Shown here piece after piece: positions 15,011 through 28,888 of a DNA stretch of 64,000 bases. The position numbers and the translations under genes are program-made. Below the pieces are notes generated by a model, which was not told the origin of the DNA, did no database searches, and saw nothing but the letters and a program-made list of their open reading frames with translations. Within the stretch, counting starts at the first letter, position 1, and every line of letters begins with the position of its first letter. Source of the DNA: Eledone cirrhosa (lineage: Eukaryota); assembly GCA_964016885.1 (NCBI GenBank), contig OZ024759.1:15376001-15440000 (forward strand). Reading direction: 5' to 3'.

Positions 15011-15115
15011 TAAATAATATTAATAATTCCAGAAAACTTCATTGTAGAGTGCTTTTAATCTATTGTAAAACTATATTCATTGAGTAATCAATGAACCATA
15101 TTAATCTTGGGTTGG

Positions 15116-15150
<35 letters not shown>

Positions 15151-15167
15151 GTATATATATATATATT

Positions 15168-15298
<131 letters not shown>

Positions 15299-15363
15299 AC
15301 AGAAGCAGGGAAAAGCTGACATAAAATGATGATGATGATGATATATATATATATATATATATA

Positions 15364-15482
15364 GAAGTACTAACACAACAGTTAGTTCACCATACCGAGA
15401 ACAATTGTTTCACCTTATTCCTCAGCTGAGGGTTCCAATATGATGAAACATTTGTTCTCGGTATGGTGAACTAACTGTTGTG
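15364..15482. mobile_element. Fold-back element centred inside an HHR (same family as 25165-25245)
   Basis: Arms CACAACAGTTAGTTCACCATACCGAGAACAATTGTTTCA and its complement, with CTCAGCTGAG between them. Confidence 0.8.
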
Positions 15483-15667
15483 GAACTACTTCTACCAAAC
15501 CCTGTCCCATGGACTGGGTGCTCTACTACTATGGATATAACCCTCCAGTGTTCTACTATTATATATATACAAGAGATGTCAACATGTATGGACCTGCTTT
15601 TATCTAAAGAAAATGTTTTCCAATTCCACACCGACCGTCCCCTCAATCTATCTTATTTCTCATTGTT

Positions 15668-15703
15668 TCTTCTGATGAAGGACTAGCGTCCGAAATGTCA
15701 AGA
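15668..15703 (+). ncRNA. PLE-type hammerhead ribozyme
   Basis: TCTT-CTGATGA-A-GGAC(tagc)GTCC-GAAA-TGTC-AAGA. Confidence 0.75.
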
Positions 15704-15920
15704 CCCTCTTCCTGCTATATCAAGCGTTAACCTAATATATTCCTTCCATATACTGTACTGATTGTGTTGTTATTTCTGTTTACCTATGTAAACATATGTA
15801 TATATATACATATATGTATATATATACATTTCTCTAATACGACGAGTGTGTTTAACTCCAATGCACTCTAGTATTTTAATCTTATATGTATATATATACA
15901 TATATGTATATATATATATG

Positions 15921-15951
<31 letters not shown>

Positions 15952-16134
15952 GTATATATATATAGATATATGTATATATATATATGTATATATATATATG
16001 TATATATATACATATATGTATATATATATATATGTATATATATACATATATGTATATATATATATATGTATATATATATAGATATATGTATATATATATA
16101 TGTATATATATATATGTATATATATACATATATG

Positions 16135-16165
<31 letters not shown>

Positions 16166-16167
16166 GG

Positions 16168-16230
<63 letters not shown>

Positions 16231-16321
16231 CACACATATATATATATACATATATATAATCATATATATAAACATATATATAAATACATATATATATATA
16301 TATATACTCATATATATATAC

Positions 16322-16352
<31 letters not shown>

Positions 16353-17300
16353 AGCGCGTCTATTCCGACAATTAACATTAGCATCTCTGCTTACGGCTTT
16401 GACTCAATTTTCGTTCGAAGTTACTGGCAATTATAGCCATTTTGTGCTTCATTTTCTTTCCCGCCTCCTAAATTTACATTCTAATCCACAAATTTCCACA
16501 AATGTATTTAAATAATATTTAATATTCTGTTGATTCCATTGAACATCTAACATATCGCTCTTTTGTTCTCATATATTGACAGAAAAACGAATCAAAATAT
16601 CGAAAATATACAAAGGAAAATATAATATAATGCTTAGAAGAAGATGGCAATGTTAATGCGTTAGACAAGACATAATGAAACGATATTACACCAAGCTTGA
16701 AACAATGAATTCTTGGAAAAAGGTGATAAAAAAAATGCGACATTGCAAACGTTGAATTAAACATAACATCGTACTTTATTTGCATGCGTTAAATGATATA
16801 GAATAATGTACAGCGAACCTTGCAAGTTTCGGAAAATGTTTCATAAAAAACTGTAGAGTGTTATATTAATTTCATGTAGGTGTGTGTGTGTGTGTAAGTG
16901 TGGGTATAGGTGTAAATATATCTGTGTGTACGTGTGAATATGTGGATGTGGAAGAAAGATGTTTGTTTGGTTATGTGTTTGTACGTGTGAATATATGTCT
17001 GTGCGAACATGTGAGTGTAATTGTGAATATGTGTGTGAGTGTAAGTCTAGTTATGTGTGCATGTAATTGTGAATACGTGTAAGTGTGAATGTGTCTATGC
17101 GTGTGTGTAAGTGTGAATATTTGTGAGTGTAAGTGTGAATGTGTTTGTGCGTGTAAGTGTGAATGTGTTTTTGTGTGTGTGGGTGCATGTATGTTTTTGT
17201 TTATTTCAGGTTCAAAACCACATCCTTCAAAGAAGAGATGAGTATATATGTACGTACACATGTAAGCATCACTCTTTTAAGTTACAAGTTGTATATATAT

Positions 17301-17391
<91 letters not shown>

Positions 17392-17575
17392 TATATATAT
17401 GTGTGTGTCTGTGTATATATATATGTATATATAAAATGTAGATATGCAAAGACATATATTCGTAGATATATATATATTTATATATATATATGTGTATGTG
17501 TGTGTGTGGAGATAGCTATATGTATATGTGTGTGTGTGAGTAAATGAGTCAGAGTTCTTCATATATATAGATAGT

Positions 17576-17613
<38 letters not shown>

Positions 17614-17627
17614 GATGTATATATACA

Positions 17628-17699
<72 letters not shown>

Positions 17700-17747
17700 C
17701 AGATGTATATATACATGCATCTATATATATATATATATATATACATG

Positions 17748-17845
<98 letters not shown>

Positions 17846-18181
17846 CGTTGTTTGTGTGTGTGTGTATAATTATGTTTATCAATATACATCCAAAAACGAA
17901 GCGTAGATATGATAAAAACAGAGGAGGAAGTACGAATGGGTTAGGTTGTACAGGGTGTTCAGGATGTATAGGGTGTATATAGACATTTAACGTTTTAGAT
18001 TCGCATCCAATTAAAAACTCCACATAAAATCTATTCAGATGATAGTTTGTTCGATTTAATAATCTCCAAAATATCGCCACAAACTCACTCTCCACCCAAA
18101 TTAAACAACCCACGTATAGATACACAAACATTGGAACCAAGGTACACATGAATATACACGTGCATACACCACACACTTACG

Positions 18182-18262
<81 letters not shown>

Positions 18263-18299
18263 GTATATACATAAATGTGTGGGTCTATGCGTTTAAATA

Positions 18300-18345
<46 letters not shown>

Positions 18346-18363
18346 AATATATAAATATGTACA

Positions 18364-18399
<36 letters not shown>

Positions 18400-18512
18400 A
18401 ATATGTACATATATATATGTATAAATATGTACATATATAGATATATATAAATATGTACATATATATATAAATATGTATACATATTTATATATATATATAT
18501 ATATGGATACAT

Positions 18513-18554
<42 letters not shown>

Positions 18555-18880
18555 ATGTATACATATTTATATATACATATATATATATATATATAATGTA
18601 TAGATATGTATATATATATATGATATATATGTATATATCTATATATACATATAATAATATATATATATATAATGTGTATATGTGTATATAATGTATATAT
18701 ATATATATATATGGATGTAGAAATCACATTCTGTGAAAACAAATCAATATAAAAGTATTATCTTTGTGGGCAAACCTCGATCAAACATTTTGTGAATATT
18801 GATTGAGTTTCTGTTAGCTTTTAATAACATGGGTTTAAATGTCAACACACAAACACGCACACACACGTGTGTATGCGTAT

Positions 18881-18939
<59 letters not shown>

Positions 18940-18953
18940 TGTATGTATTTATG

Positions 18954-18984
<31 letters not shown>

Positions 18985-18988
18985 TATG

Positions 18989-19031
<43 letters not shown>

Positions 19032-19039
19032 TATGTATT

Positions 19040-19103
<64 letters not shown>

Positions 19104-19376
19104 TACATACATATACATATTGTTCATATATTTATATATAAAGAGAAAGATAATTAGGCAGATAGATATATAGATGTGTGTTTGTACATATCTCTCTGTA
19201 AACCTATCCAACCAGCCTGGTGCCTCTCTTCTATATTTCTATCTACCTTTCCCTCTTGTTTGTTTACATATCTATCTCCCTATGTACCTAACTATATAAA
19301 TACACCATTTTTCTATAGGGCTGTATGAAAAATAATACATATATTTATGTGTGTATGTGTTTAATATATAAATATA

Positions 19377-19442
<66 letters not shown>

Positions 19443-19583
19443 TATATATATATAATGTTTATGTGTATGTATATATATACATATATAATGTATATGTGTA
19501 TGTATATATATATATATATATACATATATATAATGTATATGTGTATGTATATATATATATATATATATATAATGTATATGTGT

Positions 19584-19632
<49 letters not shown>

Positions 19633-20073
19633 TATGTATGTATGTATGTATGTATATGTGTGAATATGAAGTTAATAGGGAGGAAGAAACAAATTTGTTT
19701 TACTCTGAGGTGCGGCTACTACATTTCTGTAATGAACCTCATTTGCTGCTGACAAAGCCAAATTATTTTATTTATTTTAAAACCAGGTACCAAGGCGCTC
19801 TCTAACGTTTTAAGGCCCAAATTTAACCATACCTCCAGAATAAGATAGGCACTAATGCCGCATGTATTGTGGACGTATGGTCAAATTTGGACCTTGCCTG
19901 TGTTCAGTGTATGAAAATAAATAAATAATATAATATTTCTGCTATTGTTTTCTATTATTCATTGTATAAATCGCTAGTCAATAACTTTATAATGTATTAA
20001 TTTTATGCGCTCAGATAATCTACCTTGCTCCGGATATAGATGAGAAAACTATGTATTCTCAACTGATTTCAAG

Positions 20074-20166
20074 TCCAGCAGTCGCATGTGTGGGATGAAT
20101 CGTCATGTTGAGGACCAGTTAAGTCAGAAATGCATCGACGATTGTTCCCCTTGCTTTTGCTGGACA
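20074..20166 (+). ncRNA. Degenerate hammerhead with long extended stem I (old retrozyme-like monomer ~19990-20310)
   Basis: AATCGTC-ATGTTGA-GGAC(cagttaa)GTCA-GAAA-TGCA-TC-GACGATT. Distal pairing GTCCAGCA/TGCTGGAC. Confidence 0.65.
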
Positions 20167-20507
20167 CCACCAGAGGGCGGTAGCCTCGGTGTTTTTTGCA
20201 AAGCTAAGGCTTTGTAATTGTTTACTTGTAAACATGCGGTGTTTCTTTAGAAATACGAAATTTCTATACATAACTGTATACAGTTATGCCTGAAGCTAAA
20301 TCCTAATTTTATATATATATATATATATATATGTATATGTGTGTGTGTGTGAAGGTAGATAAGGTTTTGTTTATGTAAAAATGATTGTTTAAACAAGAAA
20401 TCTGCTTACCAGAGAGTTTGACTCGACGATATCATTTGAATCGTATAGCATAGATATCCAAGCAAACGAATATGGTATATAGGTCCAGAGGAGATCACTA
20501 TTATCTT

Positions 20508-20800
20508 AATATAAGCAAGTATTGAACCAAGAAAAAAAACGTAGGCGTGAAGAGATTATGAATCTATTTGTTTTGAGATATGTTTCTCTGTCTATCATAA
20601 TTGTCTACATATGCCGACGACAATATCTATTGTTTAATCATACGCAATACTTAATTAAGTATTGCATATGACTGAACAATATATATTGTAGTCAGCATAT
20701 GTAGACTATTTATAATAGACACAGAAACATACATTAAAGCAAATAAATTCATACTCTTCACACAGACGTTTTATTTTCTTGGTTCAATACTTGCTTATAT
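20508..20800. repeat. Diverged ~290-bp palindrome
   Basis: Centre ATACTTAATTAAGTAT (~20654). Arms pair imperfectly out to ATAAGCAAGTATTGAACCAAG / CTTGGTTCAATACTTGCTTAT. Confidence 0.85.
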
Positions 20801-20982
20801 ATATACATATATATATATATATATGTCTGTGTGTGTGTGTATATATATATAATGGATAGAGGGTTGTCACCCTTAGCGCCCCGGTGTTTGCATAACCACG
20901 GCTTCCTAAAACCGAATTTCTTTAGAAATACGACATTTCCATACATATTGTATAAAGCTATGTTTGAAGGGAAATCTTATTT

Positions 20983-21022
<40 letters not shown>

Positions 21023-21189
21023 CCCTTTCCTAATTATTTCTCCTCCCGAATGAAACAGTTCTAGTCCCGTAGAAGCCATTTCTATATTAAATATATCAAA
21101 TATATGTATACCCTGCTATGTATCGAGTACCTTACGTATTGTGGTTACACCCTATTGAACCTGATATATATATATATATATATCATAAT

Positions 21190-21640
21190 ATCCAACTCGG
21201 GGCACGGTGTCGCAAACCTACTAATGGTATCCTTTCTTCAGCTGAACGCGGTTTCTTGCTAGTCCTTCAGCTTTGAAAAACGGTATCTTAAAGTGATCTT
21301 GGATGTTGTTGGTCCGTCTCTTCGTAGGCTAGGATTTGTGAAATCTGACCAGTATTGATCATTGTCCTCTCATGGCATCTGTATACATGGACAAACCATA
21401 TGTGTTGTCTTCAAATTACAGCATCTTCAATTGTGTGTCATTCCTACTTGTCATATGTTCATATGTTACGCTCAGCATCACTCTTAAGCTTTTCATTTCG
21501 ATCACTATAAGAGCACGCATCTTTTTGCCTGTTATATTCAAACTTCCTCAACCATATGTGGCTATCGGTAGGATTAATGCCAGTTAAAGCCGGGGTTTTA
21601 GTCCTCTCACTATATTCCGAAACGACAATACTGCAGTTCT
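21190..21640 (-). pseudogene. Highly decayed RTE-like LINE 3' fragment
   Basis: Minus-strand RQHIWFVHVYR resembles the RTE R.L.WFGHV.R motif; many stops. Confidence 0.4.
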
Positions 21641-21829
21641 AAGGAGTTTAATCTCGTGCGATGCTATGGATATTCAATGTAGGGTATTTCACCCACCGTC
21701 TGGCACCATAATTCCTAGGGACTTGAACTCTGACTTTGGTAAATGTTTGGTTCCCTATTTTACGTTCTTTATTAGGATCTGACGTTATTGCATATTTCAA
21801 TTCACATTTGGACACCTCTAATAGGCTTA

Positions 21830-21990
21830 ACGGCGTTAAATTGGCCGAGTCATTACAACGTCGGATAGAATGCGTTATAGTATTCGTTCCAACTCTGTGT
21901 TCTCTGGGTTCAAATCCCGCCGAGGTCAACTTTGCCTTTCATCCTTTCGAGATCGATAGAAAAAAGTACCAGTCTAATACTGGAGTCGAT
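21830..21990 (+). mobile_element. SINE family 1 copy (others at 22790-22910 and ~32670-32780)
   Basis: TTGGCCGAGTC A box, GGTTCAAATCCC B box, central domain. Confidence 0.8.
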
Positions 21991-22166
21991 TCTTCATTTC
22001 TCTCTGGAATAAATCTGCTGTATTCAAGCCTGGAGAGGGATGGGCTTCGCCAGGCTTCAAATAGCCAAGACACAATGTATGTGAATACGGCGCCCCTACG
22101 ACTCTAGCAGGAGTTACGAAACCCTACCATACCATTTGGTTTAACGTTGTCGTAGTATTACTACAA

Positions 22167-22216
<50 letters not shown>

Positions 22217-22220
<4 letters not shown>

Positions 22221-22254
22221 CATACCTTATCGGTTGGAAATTCACTGGATTCTA

Positions 22255-22316
<62 letters not shown>

Positions 22317-22483
22317 TAGAATCCAGTGTATTTCCAACCCATAAGGTGTGATTTGCATGTGTGTTTTCTCTAATTATAAAACAAACTTTGTATTTTATCT
22401 GACGAAATGTGTCTCGGTACCCTTCAAATATATATAATAAAATAAATATGGTTTTATAAATATAGTTTCCATTTATTTAATAT

Positions 22484-22490
<7 letters not shown>
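22217..22490 (+). mobile_element. Family A fold-back with (TA)n in the loop and a degenerate HHR at 22391-22444
   Basis: ~40-bp inverted arms around (TA)n. TATTTTAT-CTGACGA...CAAA-TATATA-TA-ATAAAATA (GAAA mutated). Confidence 0.7.
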
Positions 22491-22557
<67 letters not shown>

Positions 22558-23046
22558 AAATAACGAAACGAAATTAAATTTCGTTTCGTTTGTAACTCAC
22601 TTTTGTATGACTGACGCTTAAACAATTAAGTTAAAAATGTACATCCATATATGTATACTGAAATACTAGTATGCATATGAATACACACACGTATACATAT
22701 ATAGATGTACCAAGTCTTTCACTGGTTACTTTACTGTGAGTATCCAGCTATTCTGTAGGTAAACACACAGACAAACCGGTTTTTAGAGTCATACTGAGTT
22801 CTAATACTGCCGAGGTTAACTATGCCTTTCATCCTTACGGGGTCGATAAAATAAAGTACCAGTAATGCACTGGACTAATTGCTGGTTTTGTGCCCAAAAT
22901 AGAAACAATTATGTATTCAAAGTAATCCAACTTATTTTACTAACGGGATACAAAAATATATAAAACGGATGCTGTCCCCCACTCCTCCCTTTATTATATC
23001 ATAGATTGTTATTCATGATAATTACGTCGACAATTCAAGTCAACCT

Positions 23047-23092
<46 letters not shown>

Positions 23093-23437
23093 TTTTTAAT
23101 ATATATATATCTATATATTTTTTTTATATACATATAAATATTTTTTTATATATATATACATATTTTTTTATATATATATACATATTTATTTATATATATA
23201 TACATATATTTATTTATATATATATACATATTTTTATATATATATATACATATTTATTTATATATATATACATATTTATTTTATATATATATATACATAT
23301 ATTTTTATATATATATATATATATTTTTATATATATCTATACATATTTTTTTATATATATATATACATATTTTTTTATATATATATATACATATTTTTTT
23401 ATATATATATATACATATTTATTTATTTATATATACA

Positions 23438-23483
<46 letters not shown>

Positions 23484-23902
23484 TATATACATATATATAC
23501 ATATATATATATTATAGCTCATCAGACAGCAAGCAAGCACGTGATTAGATTTATTAATTCTGTGTAAACGTTTATCTTATACGAATAAGATACGTCAGCA
23601 ATGACACGTAGAAAATTGACACCATTTTAATCCAGTAGATATATAGTAGCGAGTCGGTAGAAGAAGAGAGGTGAGTAAGCATGGTAGAGGTGACCACAGT
23701 TGAAGGAAGAGTTAAGGGATTTAGATTGAATTGTCTACTTGAGAAGGCCACACAGACAAAGGTGTAAAGAATCCAATACAGAAGACACATACGAATAATT
23801 ACATATGCATACACACACGCTCGCACATATATATATACATGTATGAGATGTAGACGTGTATAGATACACATATTTTTATATGTATGTGTGTCTTTCTGTA
23901 TT

Positions 23903-23985
<83 letters not shown>

Positions 23986-24334
23986 AGTGTATATATATTG
24001 GTATACATACTTATATAAACACACACACACACTATATATATATATATACATATATGTGAGAGTGTATTATACGTATACACACTTATACACACACGACACA
24101 CCCATATATATACATATATATTTATATATATATATATGTGTGTGTGGGTGTATGTGTGTGTGTGTGGTAAGTGTGTATACCAATATATATATATATATAT
24201 ATATGCATATATGTACACATGTTTATGTGTGTGTGCGAATGAATTTGTAGGTTACTGTGAAGGAGTGTGTATGAAGGAATTTGCAGTGTATATATAGATG
24301 AATTCTATATAAATGTGTGTATATATATATGTAT

Positions 24335-24435
<101 letters not shown>

Positions 24436-24797
24436 TTCATGTATTCTCTATTTGTTATATTTATCTTCTACAGTTTATTCTTCTAACATATACTTTATTG
24501 AATATTTATTTTATTTATTTCTGGCTAGCTAATCCTATGGGACACATGGAATTGGCTATCATTACATATATATATCATTGATATATCTTGGATCTATATC
24601 AATGTGGCTAGGGGAAGGATTTCTGTACTTAAATTTACTTATTGAACTTGTCATCAATATCCTATACACGAAATGTTTGTCTTTTTATTATTTTAGTATA
24701 TCAATTTCATATTCCTCTAACCAATTTTTTTTCTTTCTTTCTCCAGAAGCAAAACTGATACAAATGTACGCGTATATATTTATATATATATATACAT

Positions 24798-24851
<54 letters not shown>

Positions 24852-24873
24852 TCACACATATATATATATATAT

Positions 24874-24914
<41 letters not shown>

Positions 24915-24980
24915 TATATATATATATACACACATATATATATATACACACACACATATATATATATATATACACACACT

Positions 24981-25018
<38 letters not shown>

Positions 25019-25055
25019 TATAAATATATATACACACACATATATATATATACAT

Positions 25056-25106
<51 letters not shown>

Positions 25107-25132
25107 CATATATATATACATACATATATATA

Positions 25133-25164
<32 letters not shown>

Positions 25165-25196
25165 GAAGTGATTACACAACAGTTAGTTCACCATAC

Positions 25197-25234
25197 CGAG
25201 AACAATTGTTTCACCTTAGCGGATCCTCAGCTCG
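25197..25234 (-). ncRNA. Hammerhead ribozyme
   Basis: Minus strand CGAG-CTGAGGA-TCC(gctaa)GGT-GAAA-CAATTG-TT-CTCG. Confidence 0.7.
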
Positions 25235-25279
25235 TAATGAACATGGTTATACGGAATACATATACATACACACACACAT

Positions 25280-25347
<68 letters not shown>

Positions 25348-26016
25348 AAACTTAAAATTGATTAATTTCAAAACGTAGTAACGAAAAGGTTAACATACCC
25401 TGTAGTTTTCATAGTAGTGAGGTAATGCATGATCTCTCTATTGTGTATGAGCTTATAAATGTTGAGTTGGTAAGGAATTGAAGGAATTAATATGAAACAG
25501 TTTCTGGTGCAAGTTATATGTGTAAATGTAATCTCATCGTTACTCTTTTTTTTTTAAATAATCCAAAAGAATAAGGGAATTATTAAAAAGGAAAATAAAT
25601 CTTATCATATAAGGAAATGTTTGAATAGAATTAAAAGAAAACTTTAGAAAAATTCCATCAGGTATTATGTGATGTATATAGGTTCGGCAGGGTACAACAC
25701 TGAAGGAAACATGAAGAGATAAGCTCTTATCAGATTATGTTATGGTTAGATGAAATGAAATGAAATTTAATAAAAATAATGGGAAAAAGCTATTGTTTAA
25801 TCTTTTTAAGTATTAGGTAGTGAAAATAAGTTCAATAATTAAAATGAAAGTCACCTAGTTCTATATGTAATGTGTCTGAAAACCATATCCCTAAAATATT
25901 GTAAATATATATATATATATATATATGTAGAAGTTCTATTTAAATTGTTGGGATACAACAAGCAAATATTTTTATAACTGATATAAAGCACTCAACATAT
26001 TATTGGAGTAAAAATA

Positions 26017-26379
26017 CGATATATTAACAAATGGAAACTATATTTATAAAACCAATATTTATTTCATTATACATGTTTCAAGGACACCTAGTTAAATTAT
26101 GGTGTGCTTTCATCAGATAAAATATAATATAGATCAGTTTTATAAATAAATATTGACATACCCTTAAAGAATGCGACCATTTCTGTTGTATACACTATCC
26201 GGGAGCTTCCAACAGAAATGGTCGCATTATTTAAGGGTATGTCAAGATTTATTTATAAAACTGATCTATATTATATTTTATCTGATGAAAGCACACCATA
26301 ATTTAACTTGGTGTCCTTGAAATATGTATAATGAAATAAATAGGGTTTTATAAATATAGTTTCCATTTGTTAATATATC

Positions 26380-26380
<1 letters not shown>
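26017..26380. mobile_element. Family A fold-back element, ~170-bp arms, two HHRs (26060-26124 minus; 26274-26338 plus)
   Basis: TATTTTAT-CTGATGA-AAGCACACCA(loop)TGGTGTCCTT-GAAA-TATGTA-TA-ATGAAATA and its inverted copy. Confidence 0.88.
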
Positions 26381-26423
<43 letters not shown>

Positions 26424-26624
26424 CGAAGGAAATGTGGTAAGGAACCAGGTGGACCATAACGCACCAAAGTACTCAATACTTGGGGTAGTAGAGTGGGTAA
26501 TAGGAACCAGTAAGACCCCGACGGCTGAGCTCAAGCCGTTTCGACGGCTAATTCTGGACTAAATCAATTTAGTCCAGAATTAGCCGTCGAAACGGCTTGA
26601 GCTCAGCCGTCGGGGTCTTACTGG

Positions 26625-26673
<49 letters not shown>

Positions 26674-27561
26674 GTGTGTGTGTGTATGTAGAATAAGTAT
26701 GTGAAATGGGTTTTTACTATATATTCGGAAATGTTCAATTATACATGTTTCGACGAATTTGACGACTGATCTAAGTAGTGTGTTCTCTCTCTCCCTGTCT
26801 CTCTCTTTCTTTATATATATGTTTTACTTTGGGAAGGTCTGTTGCCAATAAAAACACGTTGTCAGATAAGAAATCTCGCAAAACAAATTCAAAAACTAAT
26901 TATATATATTTGGATAACCTCCATGTCGAAATGGAAGACCCACCAGACTAAACGGCCATCCAAATACTATTTTTTTTTTTTTTTTTTATACCAAGAGATT
27001 AAACTCCGCGGCATAAAAAGCTGAGGGCTGTCGTTGTATTTTCCGTGGCAAACATCTGCAGCGAAGATATGTGTTGTCAGTTCCAAAAAGTGTGATTGGT
27101 CCTACACAAGCCTTCACCACTTAAAACAAAACTTTGTGTGGGTAGTTCAACATCACTTCACTCTCTCACATCAACTTTTTGGGGAAACTCATACGTCGGA
27201 TATCGACGGGAGAGTCAATCATATATATATATATATAATAATTTTGGTATGTTTATGTACATTCTTTCTTCTAACTTTGATTTTGTACCTAATTGTGTAT
27301 GGTTGGCTATATGTCTAATCAATTTCTATGGGCTATTAGAAATACTGGGTAAATCTTCTGTAGCTGTTGATCGCGCATAAAATGGCTATCATTTATTTAT
27401 CTATTGTTTCTTCATAGATACATTTTAAACTTTTAGCCTCGTTTAATTGATTTTTTTTGTGTGGTTAATTATGGTGATTGGTATAATATATATTGTTCAG
27501 TCATATGCAATACTTAATAATAGTGTATATATTTTATCAAATGATTCTATGGACTTACTTT

Positions 27562-27613
<52 letters not shown>

Positions 27614-27639
27614 TGTATGTATATTTAGATAGATAAATA

Positions 27640-27684
<45 letters not shown>

Positions 27685-27827
27685 TCAGGTTTGAGGTTCA
27701 CCACTGTATAGAGCTGGTCTATTCCGTATGGTCAATCGTAATGCAATAATATAGAGAGTACTCAACGTAAAGCAGTTCAACCGTCTTTGTTTTTGTGGGT
27801 GGTGGTGCTATTACGGAGTTAAATATT

Positions 27828-28643
27828 ATAATGAAATGACAGGAGGCTGGATTTGTGTAAATCCTTGAAAGGTTTATTATACTATGATCATTTCAATGAC
27901 CGGGTTCCGTATGAATCCGGTGATATCATCAGGTATTCGAAATATAATACGTGAATGTAATAGGTAAAATCCATGGGGCTGAAATTCGAGACCCAAGGGC
28001 GACCGCTATTCTGTTCCTTCAACCTCAGCCGGTCGCCCTGGAGTGACGTGGCTAAATTTTATAGTATGCTACTACCGGTCAGATGAACGAAAACAGAAAG
28101 GGATGGGAGCATAAGTTAACGTCGATCCCATGACACAAGGTAAAAGAAAGAAAGAAAGGAAGGAGAGAGAAAAAGGGGGAAGAAAGAAGAAGAGAAGCCA
28201 GGGTTAATGTCAGCTAAAAGAGGAAGGCAACTACTACTGGTCAGATATAGGCAAGCAAGAGGGGGAAGGAAGATAAGTCTGCGGGAGGAAGACAGGAGGA
28301 GGGGAGAAGAGAAGGAAGGGAAGAGAGAGGTAGAAAAGTAAGGGTTGATGGCTACAAGAAGGAAGATAGAAAGAAAGAGGAAGAAAGGTCGATATTAATG
28401 TCGATATTAATGTCAGACCACAGTCAAGCCAGGAGTGGCGACCGGCTGAGGTTGAAGGAACAGAATAGCGATCGCCCTTGGGTCTCGATTTTCAGCCCCA
28501 TGGATTTTACCTATTACATTCACGTATTATATTTCGAATACCTGATGATATCACCGGATTCATACGGAACCCTGTCATTGAAATGATCATAGTATATTAA
28601 ACCTTTCAAGGATTTACACAAATCCAGCCTCCTGTCATTTCAT

Positions 28644-28646
<3 letters not shown>
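27828..28646. mobile_element. Inverted-repeat element: 210-bp arms (27828-28037 / 28437-28646), purine-rich 400-bp spacer, HHR in each arm (27879-27936 minus; 28538-28595 plus)
   Basis: ATAC-CTGATGA-[long stem II, ACCGG/CCGGT in the left copy]-GAAA-TGATCA-TA-GTAT. Confidence 0.85.
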
Positions 28647-28689
<43 letters not shown>

Positions 28690-28691
<2 letters not shown>

Positions 28692-28888
28692 GTGGGATAC
28701 ATATACATTGGTCGATAGAATAGTTCGTAGGCTAATCAATATTCTCTCTAGGAATGACCAAATGAGATTTATTTTCAACATATTCCCTGTTATTAGTAGG
28801 AAGAGTTGAAATAAAATTATGCACGATTTTAGACCTCTAGCATTACACCTTCATTTTCATCCTATGAACCTTTCAGTCGACCCTCATA
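28690..28888. mobile_element. Possible mariner-like MITE
   Basis: Right end CCTATGAACCTTTCAGTCGACCCTCATA imperfectly matches left GGTCGATAGAATAGTTCGTAGG. TA flanks. Confidence 0.45.
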
